The notes below the pieces were generated by a model. It worked only from the letters and a program-made list of their open reading frames with translations, searched no databases and was not told the origin of the DNA. The translations under genes were made by a program, and so were the position numbers. From Okamejei kenojei (Eukaryota), in the NCBI GenBank assembly GCA_035221665.1, contig CM069157.1:14446001-14510000 (forward strand): a DNA stretch of 64,000 bases, given 5' to 3'. Shown piece by piece: positions 47,782 through 59,996 of the stretch. Position 1 is the stretch's first letter. Each line of letters begins with the position of its first letter.

Positions 47782-48170
47782 ATGGGTCCCGAGCCGAAAC
47801 GTTGCCTGCCCATTCCCTCCACAGATGCTGCTTGACCCTTTAGATCTTGGAGAGATACAGCGTGGAAGCAGGTCCTACGGCCCACCGAGTCCATGCTGAC
47901 CAGCAAGCCAATCACCATCCTACACATTAGGGACAATTCACACTTTTAACCAAAGCCAATTAACCTAGAAACCTGTACGTCTTTGGAGTGTGGGAGGAAA
48001 CCAGAGTGTGCAGAGCAAACCCACACGGTCATTGGGAGAACATGCAAAATCCATACAGCCAGCATCCATAGTCAGGATTCAATTCGGGTTTCTGGCGCTT
48101 TAAGGCAGCAACTCTACCGCTGCTCCACTGTGCCAACCAGATGAGTTCCTTCAGCACTTTCCTTTTGCCC
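47782..48170. mobile_element. Penelope tail (+) interrupted by an HE1-like SINE (-, 47835-48135)
   Basis: gggtcccgagccgaaacgttgcc...gatgctgcttgaccc | SINE | atgagttccttcagcac. Confidence 0.82.
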
Positions 48171-49378
48171 TATTGTCCAACCGCAATTATATAGTCATTT
48201 AAGTTCATATTTTTCAGGCCATGGTATTTGCACCACATTGCCTATTCCTTTCAAACTCTGAGATTGATATCATTAGGATATGTCATTCTTCTAAGCTCAC
48301 TCAGAATTTTAAATTATTTTTATACAAATCTCCCCAATTTCTGAAAAGCTGTATGTTTTTTTTATTTACAAATAATGGTAGCAGCTGCAAAGCAGGGTCT
48401 AAAGTGTTCTGCTTCTTATTGTGAATTAATTTAGCAAAGTTCCTGTTCTCTGAATGTGGTTTCCACAGCACCTTGGTTTTGTAGGTAATTTTCCTGCATT
48501 GATCAGCACAGAGTTAGAAGCCACAATCATTAGCGAGGTTTGATGGTTCATCGCTGTTTGGAATCCATAATGTGTGCGTTAGTGGATGTTGTATTTTATT
48601 TGAAGGCTTAACTTATCATCGGCAGTTATTTACCTTGGCGGATTTTGCAAAAGTGCTGTTTTTATAAGCCAATGCATCAATGCATATACATGCAGAGTTA
48701 CACCAGAGGTACCGCACATGTTGGCACAAGATGATTTATTTAATCCAATATCACTGTAGTGTGGAGCCATATGGTACAATGGTTTGCTCGATGTAATGCA
48801 GAGTACAATATCACTGCAGTTTATGCAACAAGCACGTCTTATCTTTAATTGTCATTTCTGAGAGGCACTGTAAAAGATTTGAAAACAAATAGCCCATCAC
48901 TCCTTTGAATCATACTGGATCATTAACACATCAGCACAACTCAACCTGTTGATAGAAGTGAATAAACTGCTTGAAGTGCTCTTTCTCTAATGTCTAGGTC
49001 TTAATATTTTCCTGTGTTGTAACACGCTGCTAGCTATACGCTGTTTTGCATCTGTTGATAATTATACCCTTTCGTAAGTCAAGGCGGTGAGACATTAACT
49101 GCAATCAACCACATTCCTGGTTCTGTGATCACACTACAGAAGCAGAAGACATCTCATGTTTCAGTGGGAAGGAGAAACCTCCAGAAAAGGGGAAGGGCAG
49201 TTTTACACCCCTTGTTCTCACAGTCTGCTTCCTCCTTAAATGCATGCATTAATGTTACATTCAGTTTACATTGTCTGGAATCTTTACATAAGAGCTCAAT
49301 CGTTAAAGGAAGAAGAGTTAAAGTGGTCGTGGGGCAAAAATGCAATTTTTTAATAGTTTGAAGAAGTCAAAACTATTC

Positions 49379-49830
49379 CAGTCTGGAGAAGGGTCTCGAC
49401 CCCAAACGTCACCTATTATTTTTCTTCAGAGATGCTGCCCGACCCACTGAGCGTAGTTTAATTCAGTTTAGAGTTACAGCGCAGAAACAGGCCCTTTGGC
49501 CCATCAAGTCTGCACCGACCAGCGATCCCCACACATTAACGCTATCCTACACACTAGGGACAATTTACATTTATACCAAGCCAATTAACCAACAAACCTT
49601 TGGAGTGTGGGAGGAAACCAAAGCTCTTGGAGAAAACCCATGCGGGCACGGGGAGAACGTACAAACTCCGTACAGACAGCGCCTGTGGATGGGATTGAAA
49701 CCGGGTCTCCAGTGCTGCAAGTGCTTTAAGGCAGCAACTCTACCGTTGAGTCACCGTACACCCCTTACCTACGCCAGCTTTTTGTGTCTCTCTTCAGTAT
49801 AAACCAGCATCTGCAGTTCCTTCCTACACT
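49379..49830. mobile_element. Penelope tail (+) interrupted by an HE1-like SINE (-, 49455-49764)
   Basis: cagtctggagaagggtctcgacccc...gacccactgag | SINE | ...ccagctttttgtgtc...ccagcatctgcagttcc. Confidence 0.82.
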
Positions 49831-50359
49831 TTGTATAATTGTTGTTCAGTTGTTTCCATTTTGTGTTTTTCTTCAATGCAATATTGAAGGAATTCTAGCT
49901 GTTGGAGTTACCTTTTATGAAAGGGGGTTGGAAACTAAATTCCATCACCTCCACAAGTATGGTACAATTTAGAACAGGAGGAGGGTGGGGAGAAGGTGTT
50001 GAAGTGCTTTCCTTGCCATCCTGACAACATTTTGTCCTTAACTGATGTAAATAAAATAGATTAGCTGCTTACGATCACAATGTTGTGTGTGGTGCCTTTT
50101 TCTGAGAACTTTCATCTGTCTGAAGTTCCACAGTCTCTGTCAGCTTCCACTTCGCATGTGTTAATGATCCAGCATGTGTAGCATTTTGAAACATGATAAG
50201 GTCGTACTTTATAAAGGCATGATGCTCTTTCTTTCCTCAATCTTCTTTTGCGTAGAGACAGGGTTTTAGTGCAGCAAATATGTAGGGAGGTTGCAGATAG
50301 CTGTAAGTATAATTCATAACAGCAGGCAATTTTAACTTTCCTCATATTGATTAGGAATC

Positions 50360-50740
50360 CCATAGTGCAAAGGGCTTAAATGGGGTGGAATTTCTTAAGT
50401 GTATCTGAGAAAGTTTTCCAAAACTGTATTTAAGTGTCCTACTGGAGATCGGGCAACATTCAGTTCCTATCAGGCAACAAGGCAGGGTAGGTGACTGAAG
50501 TGTCAGTCGGTGAACACTTTGGGACAGTAACCATAATTATATTAATTATCAAAATACTTATGGAATAAGATAGGACTCATCCACAAGTTAAAGCCCTATA
50601 CTGGGCCAAGGCCAATTTCAAAGCTATTAGACAGGAACTTGCATCAGTTGACTGGGGGATGCTGGTTACAAATAAGGAGATGTGTGGCAAGTGGGAGACT
50701 TTTAAAAGTGAGATTGAGAGAGTTCAGAGAGAGCATGTTC
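50360..50740 (+). mobile_element. Old CR1 endonuclease-region fragment
   Basis: KGLNGVEFLKCI.E.F and G.VTEVSVGEHFG.S.HN motifs. Confidence 0.72.
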
Positions 50741-50803
50741 TTGATTGAGTAATTGGCCAGGTTGGCAAGTTTGGGAACATTGGTTGAGATTCGTCAGGTA
50801 TAC

Positions 50804-50975
50804 ACAAACCTGTACGTCTTTGGAGTGTGGGAGGAAACCGGAGCACCCGCAGAAAACCCACGCAGTCACAGGGAGAACGTACAATCTCCGTACATACAGC
50901 ACCCGTAGTCAGCATCAAACACGGGTCTCTGGTGCTGTAAGGCAGCAGCTCTATCACTACATCGCTGTGCTGCCC
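50804..50975 (-). mobile_element. tRNA-SINE (HE1-like) 5' part
   Basis: acaaacctgtacgtctttggagtgtgggaggaaaccggagcaccc...ctgtaaggcagcagctcta. Confidence 0.85.
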
Positions 50976-51257
50976 TTGTTCTCTCCTTTCTTAAAAAAAA
51001 ACGTAAAAGTTGTTTAGCTCTAAATCTTCCCAACCGGATGAAAGGACATAAAATATTAGTTGACAGGGATTTCATCCTGGTCAGTAGTTCCTCAAATACA
51101 AATTATATCACGTCTCTGAAATTCCATTTGATTAACATTGATTGATGGAATTATATTTCGGAAGCAGGTGCAAGATTTTGGAGTTCATAATCATTTTAAA
51201 GATCATTTGCTAAATAGCTATAACAGGAATGGATCGACTGGGCTTATGTTCACACAA

Positions 51258-51661
51258 ATTTAGAAGGATGAGAGGGGATCTTATAGAACATATAAACTTC
51301 TTAAGGGATTGGACAAGCTAAATGCAGGAAAAAAATTCCCAATGTTGGGGGAGTCCAGAACCAGGGGTCATAGTGTAAGAATAAGTGGTAGGCCATTTAG
51401 GACTGAGATGACGAAAAACATTTTCACCCAGAGAGTTGTGAATCTGTGGAATTCTCTGCCACAGAAGGCAGTGGAGGACAATTCACTGGATGTTTTCAAG
51501 AGAGAGTTTGATATAGGTGTTAGGGCTAACGGAATCAAGGGATATGGGGAAAAAGCAGGAACGGGGAACTAATTTTGGATGATTAGCCATGATCATATTG
51601 AATGGCGGTGCTGGTTCAAAAGGCCAAATGGTCTACTCCTGCAACTATTTTCTATGTTTCT
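51258..51661 (+). mobile_element. CR1 LINE 3' end
   Basis: FRRMRGDLIE, GESRTRGHS, FTQRVVNLWNSLPQKAVE; (tttctatg)n tail. Confidence 0.92.
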
Positions 51662-53067
51662 AATTTAGGAATGTAGGGCCATAGCGCACAAATGCATGCA
51701 TTGAAAACTAGCAATTCCTAAAGGAGATGAATGTAACATTTTCAGTTGGATGTGAGTCAGTTCTTAAAGAATTCCCCCCAAGACTGTTACTGCAGAGTGT
51801 TGGGAAAGACTGGTGTGAAGATGGATCAAGATACTGGTGAGGGCAGGAACATGGAACTCTCCGGCACAGCTCAGCACTCTTCTCATGATGCATAGGTCCA
51901 CGTCTCTAGTGTCCTCATTGATGTAAGCTTATCATTGGGCTTATCTTTATCATTTAGCTTGGTTGTGAACAGTAAAATGTGAGGGTGATGGATGCTGAGT
52001 GCAGAGCATCAATGAGCGGTGGAGAATGTGTAACTGATGTCCTATTCTCAAAGTTTGGGCAAAGTCTCCTTGGTTTTTTGTGAGTCCATGCTGAAGGTCA
52101 AAGGTGTTCCCACAGCCCCACTTCAGGGAATGTGCAACAAGCTAGGAAGTCATTAATTGAGCAACCAACTATGGGTGAATAGCTTATGTGCTGCAACGAA
52201 TTGTTCCTAGAAGTGTCTGGGCCAATTTTCCATTGACCTGGAACTGGTCACTAGTGCAATGTAAAGATTTCTAAAAAGCCTTTGCACATATATTTAAAAA
52301 AAACAGGTATAGTCAAATCAATTGCCACTACAATACAAGGTGTTTAGCAGGAATGAATGAATGAATGGAACAAATCGCAACAATTTTCTTCCCACAGATG
52401 CTGCCTGGCTCACTGAATATATCCAGCAATTTCAGTTTTTTGTTCAGGTTTTCAATATATGTGGCAATTTGCTGGTGAAAGACAATTCATTGGATTTTTC
52501 TGACATTTCATCTTATGACCTCCACCCATTTGTATTCAAATTTCCATAATACATGGGGCTAACAAACTGGTGCATTGCAATCAAGAGGCACAGTATTTAT
52601 GGAGCGGGATGGATGAAGCAATTATTCACGAGTGTTTATGCACAGGTCCTGACCCTCCAGAATGCCTTGACATTCCAAGACAATTCGACAGCTGCCAAGG
52701 ACCTCGTAGCAATTGTTAACAGAGACATTTGTTAACAGAGACATTTAAAAGCTGTTAAAATTGATTCCAGCAATTATAACAATATATAAGATTGAAGTTT
52801 CTTAAAATTAACAAATCAATTTTGAACATATTAAAATACTACCCAAATAATTTAAAACATTAAAATAAAGTAAAATAATTAAAACTTTTTGATACACTTA
52901 CCTTTTTCCACAGATTGGCAATCCTATTCATGTAAATATTTAGGCCACAGACAAAGTGCTGGAAAATGGGATTAGTATAGTTAGATATTGATGATTGGCT
53001 TGGATGTGGAGGGCCAAATGGTGGGTAATATGGCTTTGTGACTATAAAGACTCCATTACCTGGTGTA

Positions 53068-53377
53068 TTTAATTTAGTTTAGGGATACAGCATGGAAACA
53101 GGCCTTTCGGCCCACTTGAGACCACGATGATCATCGATCACCCGTTCACATTAGTTCTCTCCCATTTTCCCTTCCACTACCTGCATACGAGGGACCATTT
53201 CCACATTAACCTATTAACCTACAAACCTGCACATCTCAGAAACCAGTGTACCTGGAGGAAACTAACACAGTCACAAGGAGAACATGCAAACTTCACACAG
53301 GCAGCAAGCCAGGTCAGCAACAAACCCGGTTCTCTGGCACTATGATGCAGCAGCTCTAGTGGCTGTGCCATTGTGCT
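53068..53377 (-). mobile_element. tRNA-SINE (HE1-related)
   Basis: tttagtttagggatacagcatggaaacaggcc tail and ...gcagcagctctagtggctgtgcca head. Confidence 0.82.
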
Positions 53378-53471
53378 TGCACCAGATATAAATGAGTGCG
53401 AGAATGGGAACATTTCTTAGCATCTGATCTTCAGGGTATTTCAGATGTGCATGTTTAGCGGTGCAAGTGGG

Positions 53472-53745
53472 AGGGCACAGTGGTGCAGCAGTAGAACTGC
53501 TGACTTACAGCACCAGAGACCCGGGTTTAATCCTGACAACTCTATGCTGTCTGCACAGAGTTTGTACGTTCTCCCCGTGACCGCATGGGTTTTTCTTCAG
53601 GTTTCCTCCCACACTCCAAAGATGTACAGGTTTGTAGGTTAATTGGCTTCTGTAAATGTAACTTGTCCCTGGTGAGTTAGATAGTGCTAGTGTATGGGAT
53701 GATCGCTGGTCAGCACGGACCACACTGTATCTCTAAAATCTAAAT
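53472..53745 (+). mobile_element. tRNA-SINE (HE1-like)
   Basis: gggcacagtggtgcagcagtagaactgc A box; ggtttaatcc B box; ctctaaaatctaaa tail. Confidence 0.85.
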
Positions 53746-54154
53746 TGTAAAGTGCGGATGTCATGGACATTCTCAGGTGCAACCAGTTGCTAGCTGACAG
53801 TTCCCCATCGAACTGCAACCTATAAGGCAGCAAAATGAAGCTTAGTAAATATTGGTCTTGCAGATAATGCATAAATCCCTGATAATTCATGTAAAAATGG
53901 AAATAGCCATCCTCTTCCTGAGCTTTTCTATTACATNCATATTAATCTATTGCATAGATTAATATCAATTTTATCCACCCACTGTATTCAGTTCCTCATA
54001 ACACTAGTCTCTATCTCCTGCCTATTATTAATAACTAACCCAACTAACAAGACTATCTATGGTTTGTTTTTATACTGATCTAAATCTCACTGTGTTTTGC
54101 CATCAGATCCACCAATAACTTGCTGATGCTCAGCAGCTTGACTGACTGTTATAG

Positions 54155-54500
54155 ATTCATAGAGTCTCATACATCATGGAAACAGGCCCTTTGGCCCAAC
54201 TTGCCGATGCCGACCAACATGCGCCATCTACACTCGTTCCACCTGCCTGCGTTTGGTTGATATCTCTCTTAACCTATTCCATCCGTGTGCCTGCCTAAAT
54301 GATTTGTAAACATTGTATTAGTACCTGCCACAACAACCTCTTCCAGCAGCACATTCCATATACCTACCGCCTTTGTGTAAAACAAATTCTCCTCAGGTTC
54401 CTTTAAATTCCTTTCCCCTTCACCTTAAACCTATGTCCTCTGGTTCTTGATTCCCCGACTCTGGGTAAAAGACTCTGTGCATTTACCCTATCTATTCCTC
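54155..54500 (-). mobile_element. CR1 LINE 3' end
   Basis: catagagtc...ggaaacaggcccttt... and minus-strand GHRFKVKGKG.KG.LR...FTQR. Confidence 0.85.
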
Positions 54501-54773
54501 TAAAATCCTCTGTGCAGTTACTTTATCTATTCCTCTGAAATGTGCATTTATCCTTTCAATAGTAAGATTAAACGAGAACTTACCAAGTTTGAAGGTTGAT
54601 CTGTATTTTACGAGGAGTCGCGGTGAGGGATTTCGTGAAGACCCCGCCAGCACGCACGCGCAGCATCCTTCAAAGCAGCGGTGTGGAATCACAGCGCACC
54701 ATGACTAAAAATAGTAAGATGAAGAACGTAGAACTTCCTAGTTGACCTTATGATAGAGGGTGGGAGCGGGGGG

Positions 54774-54878
54774 CACGAAATCCCTCACCGCGACTCCTCG
54801 TAAAATACAGATCAACCGATAACTTCTCGCTTAATCTTAATATTTTACTTTGGAGTCACGTGAGTGACTTCGTGAAGA
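54774..54878. repeat. DIRS internal complementary region (ICR)
   Basis: 54774-54817 is the perfect 44-bp reverse complement of 54594-54637; 54842-54878 is the 36/37 reverse complement of 59850-59886; the halves join at ATT. Confidence 0.95.
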
Positions 54879-55048
54879 TTTCAAAGCTCTGTGATTTCAC
54901 GCCCTGGACAACGTCCATGCTTATCACACTGCCGCAAGTCTGATGGAGGAAGGCTGTTAATGCAGTTCAGTCGAAACTGGCTGAAAAATTAACACAATTT
55001 ATTAATCAGATAAAACAAACAAATAACCCCTAATTCGGGGACAGACAT

Positions 55049-56041
55049 TCACTGAGCAGTTCCCAGCACAGCTTCTACGAATGTCGCAGGGGCGACCAGT
55101 GGCTTATTGTAGAACCGTTGAAAGGTTTCTTCACTGGCCCAGCCCGCGGTGGCGAGGATGTGGTCCATGGGCACCTCCATGGCCCTCGCCGCTGATGTGG
55201 ATGCAGCCCTAGTGGAATGAGACTTAAAAATGTTAGTAGCAACTCCCGCTGCATCCAGCACCACCCTGAGCCACCTGGCGATAGTCTGTACAGTCACCCT
55301 TATTATGCGGAGGTTTGTTGCTGATGAGGAGCCCCTGTTCCTTCATCCTGATGGCTCCTGTAATCCTGATGTAGTGGTGGAGATGGGTGACTATGCAGAG
55401 AGTGGCATCTACAGGGTACGCCCGAAACTCCAACTGCAGCCCGCGCCCCTGGCCTGTGCTGCTTCAATAAATCTTGGACAAAGAAATTTATTTGACCAGG
55501 GGTGGCCACCATGCTGTCCAGTCGCAGTTTTTGTAATGTCTGGACTCGTTGGGCTGTAGTCAGTGCCATCAGCATCACCACCTTGAGGGTGAGCTGTTTC
55601 AGTGGTAGCTCATTCATTGGAGCCCAGCTCTTAGTAGGGTCAGCATGATCCCCACATCCCACGTGAAAGTGTATCTGGGTCGCGGAGGGTTGGTGTTGAA
55701 CACTCCCCTCATGAGTTTAGACACCAGGTGGTTGGAGCCGATACCTGTATCCAGGTATGAGGACAGCGCACTCCTGGCGCTGTTGATGGCACTGTAGCTA
55801 AGGCCAGCATCGAAATGGAGGCCAGCTAGGAATTCCAGGACATCAGGTATCGTTGCCGAGTTGGAAGTCTTGTTAGTCCGGGCACAGAATGCCTCCCACT
55901 TCTGATTTGCGTGAGGTACTGCTTCCGAGTTGATTCTCGGCATGATGCGGAGATGAGTTCCATGGCTCGTGGTGAGATGCCCGCCTGGATGAGTGGTCTT
56001 TTCAGAACCTGCAGGCCAACAAGTTTAGGTGACCATGGCAA
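55049..56041 (-). pseudogene. DIRS tyrosine recombinase, frameshifted
   Basis: ASCRESTRKQY, LSYSAINSARSALS, LMALTTAQRVQTL, FKSHSTRAASTS, AGWASEETFQRFY (R..HxxR..W..Y residues). Confidence 0.92.
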
Positions 56042-58256
56042 GGATGACTATCCCCCGTAATGGGGTGAGTAATCAATTTGGGGTGTTTCCCAATCGACAC
56101 CCATGGTTGTTTTAAAATTTTAACGACCATCGGGTACCATGGTTGTGTAGGCCAGTCGGGAATGATCAATATGCCAGTTGCAGAGTCCAGTTTAATTTTC
56201 TGCAATACCCGACTGATGAGGCAGAATGGGGGAAATGCATAGCAAAACCATTTCCCCCAATGGATAGAAAACGCATCCATTGCTATTGCCCCAAGGTCTG
56301 GTTCCCAAGACACATACGTTGGTATCTGATGGTTCAACCTGGACGCAAAAAGGTCAATATCTGGTGTCCCATAGTGAGCTATAATGTCTCCAAAAATTTG
56401 GGGGTTCAACATCCACTCGATGTTGTCATTGAATACTCGTGACCTGGTATCCGCCACTGTATTAAGCTTCCCTGGCAAATAGGTCGCTGTAATCCAAATA
56501 TTCCTTTCAATGCACCAGTGCCAAATTGTGTTTGCCAATTCATCACAAGATAGCGACCTGATACCACCCATATGATTGATGTAAGCCACCACTGTAGTGT
56601 TATCTATTTGAAGGCGGACATGTAAATCCCCGTGAATTAGTACAGTAAGCCCGCAGTCCATGAAATGCCCCCAGCATTTCTATATAATTTATCCTGTGTG
56701 ACTCCAGGAAGGTAGACTCACGAGAGTTCAATCTGCCACCACAACTGGACATCGTATCAGTTGCTCCCCAGCCTTGTGCGCTTGCGTCAGTTTGTAGCAC
56801 AACGTCTGGGTTGCTTACTATGATGGGTCTGTGACACTCACTAATATTGTCAACCCACCATTGTAGCTCGTTTCTAGCCTTTGCTGGTAACCGGATTGGC
56901 CGATCAAAGTGCCCAGCATTTGCTTTTAATGCTGTGATCTTTGTTCTTTGTAAATTTCGGTAGTGTAGTGGTCCGAATTGTGCAGCTGGGAATGTAGCTA
57001 CCAATTTCCCTATTACTTTTGCTGTTTGCCGAATGGTCGGTACCCTGGCGCAAGTAAGACTGTGGCACTTTTCTTTTTATAGCAGTAGCTTTATTGGTTG
57101 GGATGGTAATCTTCATTAAGTTGGTGTCTAGGGTGAATCCCAAATAATCCATAACCCGTACCGGGTGCAACTTTGACTTGTCTGGATGGATTACAAATCC
57201 CCAGCTTCTCGAAGAGAGCCTTAGTTGCAGCCACTGCCCGTGTAGCCGTGTCTGACCCACTATAAGGATATCATCCAAATATGCCATAACCATATAATTT
57301 TGTTGTCGGAGAAGAGCAAATATAGGTTTTACTAATTTTGTAAACAGCCTAGGGGCTGTGGTGATTCCATTGGGCAATGCCTTGTATTCCCATAATTGAT
57401 CCTTCCAGACAAACTTTAGGAATTTCCTGTGAGCCTCAGCGATGGGCACTGTATAGTATGCATCTTTTAAATCGATGCATGCCATAAAGTACCCTGGGTA
57501 AAGCATCTGCTTGGCTGTTTCAAAAGTATCCATTTTGAAATGGGTATATTGTACAAAAGTGTTCAGCTCAGTTAAGTCTATTATAATCCGACAACCCCCA
57601 TCTTTTTTAATTCTGGTGAAAATGTTGGACACAAACTCAATAGGTTCATGCGTTGTTTTGCCAATTACCCCTTTTGCTGCTAGCCGTATAATTTCAGCAT
57701 GTACTGCCTCCACCTCTTTTTGGGATAGTGTAAATTTCCTATGAGGCGAATGCTGGGTAGGGGGATTTATACCACCAATAAATTCTATAACATAGCCTTG
57801 AACACTTTGTAAAATAAACTCATCTGTGGTGACAGTGTTCCATATTCCCAAAAAACCCCGCAATCGCCCACCAATTTGTGCAGGAGGGGATGCTACAGCG
57901 TGAGAGGAACCAGGCCCCCTTACCTCCATGGTTAGCGACGGTTCCTTACGTATGGTGTTTTGGGTGGACGTTGTGGAGGTTGACGGGATGGCGGCCGCAT
58001 CTTCCATGCAGGCCGCTGTTGGCCTTGTCCTAAAAAAGGTCATTGTGTTTGGGGAAGTGGATAGGTCCTTTGTGTCCTGTCCGGCAGTCGTGGTTTCCAG
58101 TTTTTTGTTTGGCTGTTGCCGGTGGTATGGGTGAAGTCTGGCCGTAGGAGGTTTCATGAGCCCAGCTGTTTTGGCCTCCTCGTCCAGTTCCTTCACTTGT
58201 TTGGACAGGTCTCCAAACAATTGATGAAGCGGTGGAGCGGTTGATGGATGGCACAA
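56002..58256 (-). pseudogene. DIRS pol: RT, RNase H and DAM-like methyltransferase, frameshifted
   Basis: KKDGGCRIIIDL, IDLKDAYY, LPNGITTAPRLFTK, YLDD; TDASAQGWG, DNTTVVAYINHMGG, NTVADTRSR; DLFASRLN...YAFPPF. Confidence 0.95.
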
Positions 58257-59720
58257 CCCCGCAAATTTGGGGTTGAGTGTGGGCTTAATGGAGCTCTTAC
58301 GCAGGCAGTTGATCTCGTGCTGGGCATTGCATAGGGTGCCAGGGCATCTTGCTGTTCACTGGACACATTATCCCCATCCAGGGTCCTGGCAAACGCCGTT
58401 ATGCCCGTGGAGAGAACCTTTAAGATACGCTGGAGGCGGACATCCTGCATCCTGGTGGCCGTACTCAAGTGTCCCCAGATCTGGGCATTAACCAAGGGCA
58501 CACTGAGGTTGATGCAGTTCTCGGGCGGTTTTATTTTCTCCATGGTATCATTGAGAACCTGACTCTGGAGTTGGTGAGTAGTCAGGAAATCAAATGGTGC
58601 CCGCCAGTTTGTGGTGCAGGTGTTCCCCTGTTTGTGTAGTAGCGGCAAACTTGCCCACCACGTCCAGCATATCCTCCTCATGCTCTGGCTCAGCGGTCAC
58701 TGGCTGTCCCGGGTCGTCTTAAAACACAGCGGCTGGGCAACTGCTAGCACTTCTGGCTGGTGACGACGAGATGCTGAGCGGACTCCTTGCACGGCTTGTG
58801 GATGCCCGTGAGTCCTGCTCTTCCCGTTCCCGGTCCCGCTGGAGGAGTTGCTCCACTAAGAGCTCCAACCGCTCTATGCGACCGTCCCTGCTATGTGCAG
58901 CGGACAAGCCGACTTCCCCAGGCCCTGCGATATCACTGGGGCTTCCACCATCGGACCACACCTCCGTAAGGTGCTGTCTAGGGTCCAATGGCAGGTTGTC
59001 GTGACCTACCGCCCGAGTAGGCTCATACGACTCCCGCACGGACTCTCCGCTAGTCTGTCTTCTTCCAGACTGTGGCGGCCCACCTGTCTGATACGAAGGC
59101 AGGTGAGTTGGATCGGCGCCGGCCCCCGGAACCTGGCTCCCCGGAGTCCGTGCAGGCTTACCTCCACAATCGCCCAATTTTTGGCGTGGAGGCGCATGGT
59201 CGGCCGCTCCCAGAGCTGAGCTGACCGACCGTCTACTGCTGCCACCTCCGCCCTTGACCGCAGCCTGACGGGGTGTTTTGTCGGCAGGCCTGCTCGACGC
59301 AGCAGCAGAGCTGCCAGACTGCACTACGGCAGATCTCCCTGGCAGTGGTACGTGGTGGTGCGCAGCTGTAGGGCTCCCCTGCAGTGCACCTGTCCCCCGG
59401 CCCAGCCCCCTCGGGTCTACTGGAACTCAGGGTGAGGTCGCTTGCGATGAGCGAGGCCCCTTGGCACGTACCTGTTTCCCCCCTCTTTTCTTGGGGGAAG
59501 GGGGCTCGAAGTCTGGATCCGTTGCATCCAGCTCCGGGGCGGTAAACCACTCAGGTGATGAGTCGGGCGCTAAAGTAGCGGGAGCGCCCGACTCCCGCAT
59601 TCTTGCCCCCACACGTCTCGAAGCTGCCGGTGGTGCTTGCAGCTCCGGGTACAAAGGCCGTTGGCTGGTCGATGCAGCTCGGCTCATCGACAGCGTCGCC
59701 TTCCTCTTGCCCTTGTCCAT
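58030..59720 (-). pseudogene. DIRS ORF1 (gag-like), fragmented
   Basis: Starts MDKGKRKATLS; low-complexity N-terminus; PPENCINLSVPLVNAQIWGHL...QDVRLQRI and LFGDLSKQVKEL motifs upstream of pol. Confidence 0.75.
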
Positions 59721-59996
59721 CCTGTGGAGTAAAGGTAAGCACTTACCTGCCGGCCTTTATGAAGGAGCCCGAGGAGAGAGCGCACTCCACACCCCAGCCT
59801 GCAGATGCAAATGCGCGCGACGATATGCCACGCATGAGTGCTGGTGGGGTCTTCACGAAGTCACTCACGTGACTCCGAAGTAAAATTTTCATCATGACGC
59901 CAAGAATTTCTTCTCATATCTTGCTCCAGACCCCACTTTCGACAGGATGCACTATAACTTTTCTTTTATCTTGCACTGTATCTTTCTCTTTTCTCT

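Larger units (their letters stand above)
54558..59886 (-). mobile_element. Complete DIRS1-type tyrosine-recombinase retrotransposon (inactivated)
   Basis: ATT at both termini (aat on +), imperfect ITRs 54632-54660 / 59831-59859, ICR 54774-54878, gag/RT-RNaseH-MT/YR coding regions, no TSD. Confidence 0.95.

Noticed and set aside
53939-53965. Perfect 12-bp AT-rich hairpin atattaatctat-tgc-atagattaatat
   Set aside because: Low complexity and adjacent to an ambiguous base (N at 53937); no supporting context
56002-56400. DNA adenine methyltransferase-like domain suggesting bacterial or phage contamination
   Set aside because: It is the normal MT domain of DIRS1 pol, in frame with RNase H and inside the element termini
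58771-59883. Multiple plus-strand ORFs up to 201 aa and CpG-island-like composition
   Set aside because: Antisense to the GC-rich DIRS ORF1; not a host promoter or gene
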